Shown here: positions 11,183 through 22,300 of the stretch, piece after piece
Numbering within the stretch: position 1 is the stretch's first letter
Layout of the letters: each line of letters starts with the position of its first letter
Source: Takakia lepidozioides
Lineage: Eukaryota > Plantae > Bryophyta
NCBI GenBank assembly: GCA_030704615.1
Contig: CM060734.1
Coordinates: forward strand, 47,864,001 to 47,928,000
Direction of reading: 5' to 3'
DNA: 64,000 nt
Position numbers and translations under genes: made by a program
Notes under the pieces: generated by a model
Seen by the model: only the letters and a program-made list of their open reading frames with translations
Database searches by the model: none
What the model was told of the DNA's origin: nothing

Positions 11183-13092
11183 AGTGGTATCAAAGTAGGA
11201 TAGGGAATAAAGGAACGTTTGGGATTTATGAGCGAACTCCCGTTGGGATCAGAGAGTAATGTGCGGCGCAGTTCGTACGGTAACTCGGAAGAGATGGAGC
11301 ATTCCGGTAAGTACTGGTATCTATAAGGGTATGACATTAATTTGGTATGGTAGAAGCCAGGGTACGAGTTCCATAAACTCCAACTTGCAAAAGAGAGATC
11401 GAGTGCAAAGAGAACGAGAGGGACTTCACATAACGAATCGGGAAGCTAGGCTGAATCCCAGTCCGATGCTAGCTCCCTGGAATTCAAAGCAAAGAGAAAC
11501 AAAGATGTTACTCGCGAGATCAAATGAATGGTGAAGCTGCCGGAGTTTGTGGGTAAAACTTCTGTCAAGCCAGAAGAGATTCGGTCGTTCCTAGAAACAC
11601 TCGAGGAATTCTTTGAAGAAGATTACCCCGAGGAGGCTAAAATTAGAACGGCGACCCTACAACTCCGAGATGCAGCAAAATTGTGGTGGTCTCGTCAGAA
11701 AAAGGGACACCGTGAACATGGCAAACCCCCAATTGATACTTGGGAGAAATTTCGATCATTGTTTCTGGCTCACTATCTCCCTGGAGATTACGCTCATAAG
11801 ATGAAGGTTGAACTCTTCACATTGAAACAGAAAAATTCAAGTGTAGTTGAGTTCAAGACAATATTTGAAATGCATGCCATTTGTTTTCCAACTCTCAGTA
11901 GGACGACAGGGTAGATTTCTTCGTGGATGGCCTGAATGACTATTTGAAATATAAGGTCAAAGCCCACAATCCCCGCACTGAGATTGAAGCCTATAGATTG
12001 GCTTGCAATTTTGAGTGTGAGATCAAAGCACAGCAGGTTACATACTCTGCTCGTGCAGGGGAGAATAAAAAGAAGATGACATTTTCTCCCAAAATCACCC
12101 CAGCAAAGAAGGGAAATTGGAAGAGGTTCAAATTACCCTACAAAAAGAATGACAATCAGGGAAGCCAGAGAACAATTGGTAATCCACCGCGCCTAAGTCC
12201 CAGGGAACATGAAGAACATCTCAAGAAGGGGCTTTGCTTCATTTGACATAAGCCAGACCATCGATCAGCAGATTGTCCTGAACGCCGGTTCCGTCAGACT
12301 GCAGCCTTGGTGGTGGAAGAACTAGTGGAGCCTGTAACTATTACAAATCTCGGAAATTGTTCAGGATCTGCCACTGGAAAAGGTCCCAACATGAGGGTGT
12401 CAGCTGCAGTTGTCGATGGTGGAGTGACCTACAATCACAATGTTATTCGGGTTCAGGGACAGGTAGCGGGGAAACCAACAATGTTATTGATTGACACTGG
12501 CAGCACCCACAACATGTTGTCAAAATCCTTTGCAGACAAGTTGGGATTATCTCAGGAAGAGGTGCAGCCATCTCAAATTATGTTACCAAATGGCGGGGTG
12601 GAGACCACACAGTATCATCTTTCAGCTGTGCTAGTTGTCATGCAAAGGGTGCACATGTAGGCAGATTTTGAAGTCTAGAACGGCGCCGCTTGCTACGACT
12701 TGACACGGTGGACATCGCCATAGGTTGCAAGCGTGGGTTGGTGAACGGTACCTTATCTTCTGGCAAAACCTTTGAATTAAAAGGTACGTGAGCTCTCCCC
12801 AATGTTCCCCTAATGTATGCAGTTTAGATGAAAAGGTGTGCGCGTAAGGGAAATGATCATATTTTTGCCCTAAGTGTGCATGAAAGTCTGTCTGGATCAA
12901 GTACTGAAAGTACAAGAGTACATGTCAGAATAGAAGCAATTCTGAATGATTATAGGGATATATTTCCTGAGGAAATCCCTGGGATGCCTCATGTACGTGA
13001 TATTGATCATGCCATCGAGTTGGTGGCTGATTCAGTACCATTTGCACGAGCACCCTATCGACACTCAATTGTAGAAAATGAAGAGCTTGAAA

Positions 13093-14260
13093 AGGGGGAT
13101 TGCTAAAGCATGAGCAGAAAATTCCATGAGCAGATTTCTGCTCACGCTTCAGGATCTGCTCACCTATAACCGCGTATACCTATTCGGCTTAGAGGACCTA
13201 TTACTGCGGGTAGTGTCCAGTATAACTTGCATACCAATTCATCGTTTATGGATGAATGACGGATAAATGATGGATGAGTGGCCGATGAATGTATGTTGGA
13301 CGAATGGCACTGGATGAATGTAGTTTGTGGATGAATGGAAAATTAAAAAGCATTTTTCAGTAGTGGTTGCCGAATCCCCCGAGCTCTAGAGTGAACCTGT
13401 GCCAACTGAGGAGGGTTGTGGTTGTCCTTTTACCAGGTATCCTAAATCGAGAGAGATGCTCACACCCAATTGCAAAGAAGGTGGAGAGGCCATTTGGTGC
13501 TTTAATAAAAATCATTTGAAAACAGTCGATTCATTCCAACGAAGAATATCCATTGCTACTGGAGTCAGTGTCCAAAACGAAGGCACAACTGTCTATGAAG
13601 ACACTAGCCCTGCTCTGAAGAAAACCATCTCTGTCGTAAAGCACAAGAAGGGGAGATGAGAAAAGTCCAATTTTATTTATTTATTTATTTTCCCAAATGC
13701 GCCACCTTAATTTGGCACCTTAATCCGGCTGCTCTTCTGGTGTGCTATTTGGAGTGAATGACATCTACAAATTGCTCGGACTACATAACTTATGATTCGT
13801 TGTCATGCCTTCTTCCTGGTGACCAAAAATCCATGCTGGGTAAATGCCAGGTCTTTTGCTTGCAAAGTAGAAGTTGGGTTCGCAAGTTTTCTAATCCCCC
13901 CCCCCCCCCCCCCCCCTGCCCCCAAGGCGCTATTTGGGGTGAATGACATCTACAAATTGCTCCGACTACATAATTTATGATTCGTTGTCATGTCCCAACA
14001 GGGCTGGGAAGATTAAGATGTCGTTGACGACACCTTAATGTCTGCTTCCCTGCACAAAAAAGGTCCCCCTTATGGTTTTTTCCAGGCGACATATTTGTTC
14101 TGGGGAGATATTCATGGGTTCATTTGTCATGTGCTGACAGGGGCTGCGATTTAAGCTGTCGTTGACGACAGCTTAATGCCTGCTTCCTGCGTATGTTGAT
14201 CCCTGAGGATAGATGTTGTTGCAGTCATCCAACAATTTTATTTTATTTTTCGTTCATACA
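13093..14260. other. Foreign ~1.2-kb mosaic replacing the RT core of the gypsy element
   Basis: RT reads ...ENEELEK and resumes at LMNSLFKKYLGKMVLVFMDD. In between: GGATGAA repeats ending in TTTCAGTAGTG (CACTA-like end, 13364), a duplicated ~65-bp block (13743/13928), a C run and a duplicated hairpin (14013, 14151). Confidence 0.8.
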
Positions 14261-16207
14261 CTTGATGAACTCTCTGTTTCAAAAAATACCTTGGCAAGAT
14301 GGTTCTTGTCTTCATGGATGACATCTTGGTATTTTCCAAAACAGAAGAGCATGAACAACATTTACGAATGGTCTTGGATATCTTAAGGCAAAATTATTTG
14401 TTTGCAAAGAAGAGTAAGTGTGAGTTCTTTATAGATCATATGGACTATTTGGGATTTCATATCTCAAAGGACGGAGTGTCCATTGATTCAAAGAAAATTC
14501 AGGTTGGGGCTGAATGGCCCAAGTTCCCAAAGATAAGACAGAAATCAGAAGTTTTGTTGGGTTTGCTAGCTTTCTGTGAAAGTTTGTTAAATCATTCTCT
14601 CGCATTGCAGCCCCGATGATGACTGATCTACTAAAGAACTACTACTACTAAAGATTGGAGTGAAGTTTGGACTCCACATTGTGATGTTAGCTTTGATAAA
14701 CTAAAGTTTGCATTAACACATGCTCCAGTCTTAAAACTGATTGATCATACCCTGAATGAGATCGTGTTTTGCACTGATGCGAATGATCTCGATATTGGAG
14801 TAGTATTAATGCAAAGTGGTCAGGTTATTGCCTATGAGTCCAGAAAGCTCAGTCCAGCTGAACAGAATTATACTGTTCATGAAAAAGAACTTCTGGCTAT
14901 AATTCACGCACTGAAGATATGGAGGCATTACTTGCTTCCTGTGGACTTTACAATAGAGACTGATCATGAGAGTCTAAAGTATCTCAGCACACAGCCCAAT
15001 TTGAGCCGACGACAAATTCGGTGGGTTGAATTCCTTCAGCAGTTTCATTATGATCTGCGTTATGTGAAGGGAAAAGAGAATGTACTGGCAGATGCACTTT
15101 CTAGAAGACCGATTGTCAATGCTGTGTCTTTGGTGAGAAGCTCCATGATTGATGATGTGTTTTTCAAAGCACCTTATGAAAGCCTCTCGCATGACCGTCG
15201 GACCTCTGATGAGATTGACAAGTACCGTCCATACTTGTTCCGTGATGGGATATTATATTATCACATGCGTATGTGCATTCCCTCTTTATAGGATTTGCGA
15301 CTGCGTATTATTTATGACTGTCATAATATTCCCATAGCTGGACACAAGTCATTTTTGGACTGCTTTGTTCAAGCTTTTGAGAACCAAGTTGAGGCTCAAT
15401 ACTACATATCATCATGAAATGGATGCTTTAACAGAACAGACCAATAGAACCATTGAGGATATACTAAGAATGTATGTTGGTCAGAGGCAAACTTCCTGGG
15501 AGTAGTACCTATATTTGATATGATTTGCCTATAACAAGAATTTCCATAGTGCCATTGGGATGAAACCGTTTCAGGCACTGTATGGTCGGGACTGTTTGAC
15601 CCCAGCTTCTCTTTCCACGCCATTGTCTAAGGTCCAGTCTGTCAATGACATGGTCCATGAAATACACTCGGTGTTGGATTTGGTAAAGAGAAGCATGAGA
15701 AGTGCTAAGGAAAAAGCCAAGTTCTATGTTGACAAGCACATAAGCTTATGTGAATTTGAGGTAGGTGACAAGGTCTTCTTGAAAGTTGCTCCCAAAAGAA
15801 GCCAGTTGAAATTGGGTAAGTGTCCTAAGTTGTCCCCAAGATCTCTGGACCTTTTGTGATCTTAAAGCGTTATGGATTTGTGGCATATTAGCTAGATGTG
15901 CCAGCTACTTGGAAAATCCATGACGTCTTTCATCTCAGCCTCCTAAGGAAATACATGGCAGACCCCCATCACATTCTACCTGAACTACCCAAAGTTGTGG
16001 ATGAAGGTCAGTTGTTGGCTGAACCTGAATGTATTCTGTAAACAAGAATGAAACACCTTCGAAACCGTTCATATCGTGAACATCTTGTTAAGTGGTATCA
16101 CTATCCAGAATCTGAAGCTACTTGGGAAAATGAGAGTGACATGCAGTTGGATATTTCCCATTTCACTATCATTGCGGACAATGATCAATTTTTTTAGTGG
16201 AGGAGTT

Positions 16208-16756
16208 TATTATGGCACTCTATGCAACAAGTCTGAATGGCTTCTGGGTGGAAAAAGCCATGGGGTGGGGTGAATGACAGGTGGGGGAAAGCTGGAGCAG
16301 TGTCACGTGAAGGTCTAGAGAGACAATTGCCAGCTTTAAGTACTGATCACCTATCAAGGAGGTCAACAAGTGGTGAAGGTCACCTGTACACGAAGGAAGA
16401 AAACGGTTCTGGCAGACACGAACATGGGAGAAGATGATTGGGGATGATGGCCTGGAGGACACTAGGATTTGATAGAACTGGATGCAGCAATTAGGCACGG
16501 CGTGGTGACTTGGTGGACCGGATGTGATAACCGATGCTCAAGGTGATACCTAAAAGATATAAGCCGGTGCTGTGCATTTTAGAGTTGGTTGATCTAGAAA
16601 TAGTCACTGGCTTTTGTAGTTAGCAGTGGCAGAGACTATGGTTCATCTTTTGTACAAAAGATGGTGTAAATCGTGTGAATATGGTTCTCTCAAGAGCTAA
16701 GCTATAAAGGAGTTGATCAGATCTGTCACAATTTGGAAGAAAAAAGGGTTGTTATA
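16208..16756 (+). repeat. 3' LTR (549 bp)
   Basis: Direct repeat of the 5' LTR; carries an extra ~35 bp with GATATAAG that the 5' LTR lacks. Confidence 0.95.
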
Positions 16757-16761
16757 TGGAT

Positions 16762-19200
16762 GATCTTCAGATTGCTGCAAGCATCCCACAAATTTCGAAT
16801 TGCTTTCAAACCTAGATTCAAGCAGGATTAATATCTAGCTCGCTCGGGCTGCGCGCACTTGATTCTCAACTTGGAATTATCTTGCACATAACAATTGAGC
16901 CCGGGTATTCTACATACTAAAGTTCGTTTCAACACTGTTAAAGAGAGAGCGACATAAACGACAGGGAGATCCTTGATGATCATTAGACAAGAATCAGTGA
17001 GGCTTATGTACACAACAAATAATTTATTGGTTGACCACAATTCATGAATAACCTGGTGTATATAATATTATTTGTTCTATAGTATATATGGAGGACTTCC
17101 GCTCTCAGAAATTAACAGAGCTCAATGTAGATAGTGCATATCAGAGAGAACCAATGGCCATTCAGGGCCGGTACTATCTAGAATGGTGAGACTTCTTGAA
17201 AGTTTCTTCCACGGTGGACTGGTCATAAAATTAATCTAGAAATTTGATGGCAACAGGCCTACCCCCTGCAAGTAACAGTACCATATGTTCTTGATGTCAA
17301 TTGATGCCGCCTTCTTCTTGTTCAGTTAAGCACACATCGTAGCTGCTATCCTGCAGGGACCAGGGGAATGTTTACATAACAACATTACACTTTACATCCT
17401 TCAACTGGTGGTCTTGAAATTAGATGCAAAGTCAAAATCTCCAGATAATATGATAAATCGGTCTCCAACCTCCAAGAATGCATCAAATTGAACTGCGTAG
17501 AACTGCACTTAGATAGACCTATCTACTTTTTGGGACTCTTGTACCGAAGTACTACTTTTATAAGATCGTAAGGTCTCTCCTCAGCTTCTTTCAATATCTG
17601 CTGACATTACCACTGACTTCAATGCGTCATCTCTTTGGAACTTACCAGATTTGTCCCAGGGTCTCCTTTCTGAAAAGAAGTTGATGCGAGTAAAGCATTC
17701 TCAATGACGACCAAATTTTTTTTTCCCGAATGGCCACGGGAATGCAACACGGCCTGACAGAATCGTCGTCCAATACTATTCGGGAAAATTTGTTCAAAGA
17801 ATCGAGGGATGTCCGATTGAGAAGAAGTTGTGAGCGATCGCCAGTGTGGCGGGGAAGAAAGAGGAACGCGCGGCGCAGAAAGTAATTGGAGGGGACCAAG
17901 TTATATGTCAACTTTGCCCAGTGCTTTCCATCCGTCCCATCATCGACTTATTAACATTTATCATCCAACCCAAAATAGGGGTTCCAAGTTTTGGCGGGGT
18001 TATTTTTGGAAGGTCCACGGCAGAAGGGAGAGTTATATGGGGACCCGTGCCTTTCAGGCACTTCCCAAATCATGAGACTTCTACTAGTATAGAGCGCAAG
18101 CATTTGTCCACAGATGGACAACTGTTGAAGCTGCTTATGACGACAACGACGACGGGAGATCACTCGTACTCCGTCGTCGTGTTCCTTGATGACATATGCC
18201 CCTTCGCACATAAGCCGCTTCAAAATTAATCGAATCACACTTGGAGGATTCCGAGGAGTGCAATCCTATTATCGTCTCCCCCTTCCCATGGGCAGTGTCT
18301 ACAAAACTGATGTGCGATTGCACGTATCGCCTTGTGCGGCAGGTCTCACTTGGTGCACCTATCAATAAGTATGAATACTCTGCTACAACCTGTATAGAAC
18401 AATGCGATGCCATGATTGCACAGCGCAATCAAGCAACCGCTTTGAACATTGCTGCCACTGGCTTACCCACAGCTTCTAAACACTGCATGTCTGAAAGCAT
18501 AGGAGCTGCATGTGATCTTTGAGGGGGTGACGGGTCCGATTTGAGCGGGGAGATGGCCCATACGTTTCATGGGCTCTGCAAGCAATGCTCCCTTATACCT
18601 AGAGGCGGGCAGATGTAGCAGGAAGCCAAAGGGAGAGGCTGCCCTAAACCCTTAACCCCTCACAAGGCTGCCAATGCGGAAACAAGTACAAACCTTTCTT
18701 CTCTTTATAATTCAGTTGAAGATTTTCGTTGCCTGCATCACCGAGGGCAGTTATTAGCTTTCAATTTCAGCCTTGATCTTGATTTGAGCGCTTTGCCTCT
18801 TGTATTCGGTAGAGAAGGGTCAAAAGAATGGCCAAATAAGTGCTGGAGTCCTGGAGCACCGACCTGGATGAAAAAGTGAAGACCTACACAGATTTGGGTA
18901 TTCAGGCAAGGGCCTTGTGAAGCCAGCAATCTGCGATTGCACGCTCGGTGATGACAGTGTGGAGGATGGTGGAGTGTCGACACATCTAGACTTTTGACGA
19001 TGGATTCTAGTTCTGGACACCTCTCCTCAGCATGTATGTCTGTACTGGACTATGCTTCGCAGCAGTTCTCAACATCTTATTTCACGAAGAATTGGGTTCT
19101 CGTCTCATTTGTCGAAAGTATGAGAACAGTTGATTTTGTGGAGAACATAGCCATATCCAGCTTAATTCGGCAATTTGGTGGGATAAGAAGTAAGTGAGTT
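16762..19200 (-). pseudogene. Possible highly decayed NLR (NB-ARC-LRR)-like gene, continuing at ~10500-10660 across the gypsy insertion
   Basis: Scattered LRR-like pieces (SLTDSCLMIIKDLP; ELDIN/SCLNL; LWDACSNLKIIHP across the TSD; LDSLNKFSRIVLDD) and LKSRSRLKL; no clean P-loop, GLPL or MHD motif. Confidence 0.3.
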
Positions 19201-19389
19201 TTTGCTGTTGTGAATTTTGTTTTGGATTGGAGGTACGAATCCAGCATTTCTAACAGACTGTCAGGAACGTGAGTGAGTGTAGTAATAAAAGAAACAAGTC
19301 TGCCTATGGAAGTAAGGGTCGTGGGCCCATAACCTATTGAAAACACTGACTTAGGACAGACTTGAGTTAGTCAGGAGATGCCAGAAGAT

Positions 19390-22300
19390 CTTCACTCAGC
19401 CATGTGAGGCTTGTCGATGCAAGAGCAGTCTTCTTCTGCACAGACCACTACGTGAAGTTTTTCTGGGTGTGCAGAGGATCGGAATTGTGATTTCTCTGCT
19501 TGAGCGCCTTCCTGATTTGAACTTAAGAACTCCGTTCTCCTCCACCTAATTGGTTTGCACCAATTTTTCAGCTTTCACATGCCTTGGCTCAGACAATATG
19601 TGGCTTGAATTGGCCGGTGGAATATCGTGTTGAGCTGCTAAGGTGCTCACAAATTCGCGTGAGGCTCCACCGGTCTATCCTGCAAATCAAACGAAGACTT
19701 TGTACATCTCCTTGACGCTGTACTATGTCAGCTGCAGATTTGATCTACAAAGCAGATCGACCACGTATAGGGCAACCATGTAATATATAGAAACGAAGCT
19801 AGATCCCCAGGAATATATTCAGTTTCGGACCAGCGCTACATTTACTTCGAGAAAACAGACAGGTGCTCTAATACTTTCCAATCCAAAATCATGACGAGTT
19901 TGAAGGTTTGAAACTGGAATGCATTTCATTGGAATGCATCTTCATTCCAATGAAGCGACTCGCGAGCTGCAAGATTCCATTCAGGATCACTCTTCTAAAT
20001 CCAAGTGTGTCATGTATCATACAAGGAAAACTGTAGGTAGGTCACATGTAGGTCTTCTTCCACCCGGACCTCGATTGTGCTCATAAGCAGCAACTGTTTT
20101 CTCTTTTGAAAGTAATACAGAAACACCTGGACTACCCACTGTGGTGGATTTGAGCCTGTGAAAGCTCTCCAGGACTCCTTCGAGCTCCAGGTGTAAGTTG
20201 TAATCCTCCAGGACAGAGTGATCTCTGTGGTTAGTGTGGTGCACTTGTTTGTGGCTACCTGACATGCATACAGTTGGCTTCCAACTTCTCCAAGAATTTC
20301 CAGCTACTTCACAAACAGAATCAGACCTTATGATTTGGCATGAGGCTGAGAGGAAAACATACAGTTGGATCAAATGGGCCCCAAAATTTGTATCTCTCAA
20401 TTTGACTTGTTCCTTATCTTCCAATCCAAATGGTGGTGCCACCAGAATAATAGGATTGAGGTGGTGTTACTTCCATAGGAAAAACTACAGTTTGGCTGGG
20501 GGCAGGTGTCCAGACTGACAGGGCCCTGTGGACGTTAGCTCTCACACACAGTTGCAGTACGGCTCAAGCAGGCTGCTACTCTTCCAGAGCCGGTTTAGAA
20601 ACACCGACCCGATATATTACAATGGTCCTTGGGCCTAAATTATAATCTGGTGCTACATGAACTGTATTGTCTCATTCACAAAGCTGAGCAGTACAAACTG
20701 AGAAAGGTGGTCTTTGCTCAGTATAAGTAGGTAGAGAGGACAGTCCCCATCCTGGCCCCCCCAGGGATTCACTCTTCAAAGGGCCCCTGCACAAACTGCG
20801 ACAATTCAGCATGTGCCTGCTACTGCTGCGCTAGCCAGAATGGCTAATGGGCATTGCATCAGAAAGAAAGGAACTTTATACCCAGGACTGTGAATCAGGG
20901 AATGAATATTTCTTCAGGTTGCCCACACCAGGGGCATTTGCAATCCCCCTTTCCTCTGGCCAGAAAGAGGGATAGAGAAGGAAAGCAAGAGATTTTACAA
21001 ATAGGGCCATGAGGGTCCTTGGGAAAAGCTGGATCAAATCAAGAATAGCTCAATGAGTGGGTGAAAGAGTGAGAGAGCATTCCTAAGGGAAGTTTTATTT
21101 AGGTCAACCCCTCTACTCTTGAATATATCAGGAAAGAGACACTTCACATGGTAGGGCACATGAAGTCAACACTAGTATCCCAAGGATTCCTCAATTGTGC
21201 AAATGAATGGAAAGCTACTATGAAAACCATTGCTCCCCATGCCTTTCATAAGTCAACCTGCTCACGAGCTCCTGCTTGTGAGCTCCAATTTACAGCACAT
21301 GGAAGATCTTCCCTCCACACCGTTTCTTTCAGGTGGCTTGGTCCTAACACATCTTTTTGTTTCGTCTTCTTCGGGCTGGCAGTAAATGAGGCAAGATTAT
21401 TTTGTTAGTGACTGGTTTCTTTCAGAAGCCCAAATACCTTTAAATTTGGCCCATACCAGAGTAATAATGAGTGACATATACACATATATGACATGGCCCT
21501 GAAAACCAGTTTCAGTTGACAGCAGAACAGGAGAGACAACACAGAGTAATGGACCCACCACGAAGCAACTTCCTACGAATTTTGAGGGCATCAAATCCCT
21601 CTTGTTGATCATCATAAGGATATTGGATGTCACCACTGCCTCGAGTCATAGTCCTTGGACATTTAACAAGATCTGCAAAATTACTACCCATGAGTCAAGA
21701 TAGCAGTCAAGATAGCACACGCAGATGGTTGCCATCTTTAGAACCAGACAAGCTCATTTCTGGAGTCATACAAAGCAAAGCAAACAAAACTGTTGCAAAT
21801 GTTTGCTCCACCCGTCACAAGTCTTATGTTGAATCCCACCCTCTGACTGGTTTGTTAAAGGACTGTAAGCTTTATTTTCTAATTTCATAGCATCACCAAC
21901 ACTGCAATTGAAAGTATCACCTACCAGTCTCGAACATGGTGAACACATCATCCTCTTCAGCATCTAAACTCACCAGTGGTGGCTTGAGCGTACTCGTAAG
22001 AATCTGTGAAGGTGACATTTGCAAAGATGATGTGTGAAATACCACAGTGTATGAATCAACTACTATACCTTCACAATGTCACTGTAGGGACCTTATTTGA
22101 AAAGCAACAGATTTACAGCAGATGTAGCCAGTCCACAATGATATATGAGTAGTAAACCAACAAGCACTGGTCAGGGTACTTACCTGTGCCAGCTGTATTT
22201 ACCTTCATTTCACTTTGAATACTTCTGCAATTCTCCCCTTTGAGTTGTGACAGCTGTTCAGCCAGGTGCTGCGGTGGTGTCTGTCTGCGCTGCTCCAATA

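Larger units (their letters stand above)
10661..16756 (+). mobile_element. Ty3/gypsy chromovirus LTR retrotransposon, both LTRs present, coding region decayed
   Basis: LTRs 10661-11182 and 16208-16756; TSD TGGAT (10656-10660, 16757-16761); PBS TGGTATCAAAG at 11185 (tRNA-iMet type); purine tract before 16208. Coding remnants: gag (11525-), Zn knuckle C..HKPDHRSADC, protease LIDTGSTHN, RT FMDD (14300), RNase H TDANDL..IAYESRKL, partial integrase, chromodomain LVKWYHYPESEATWE (~16080). Confidence 0.95.
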
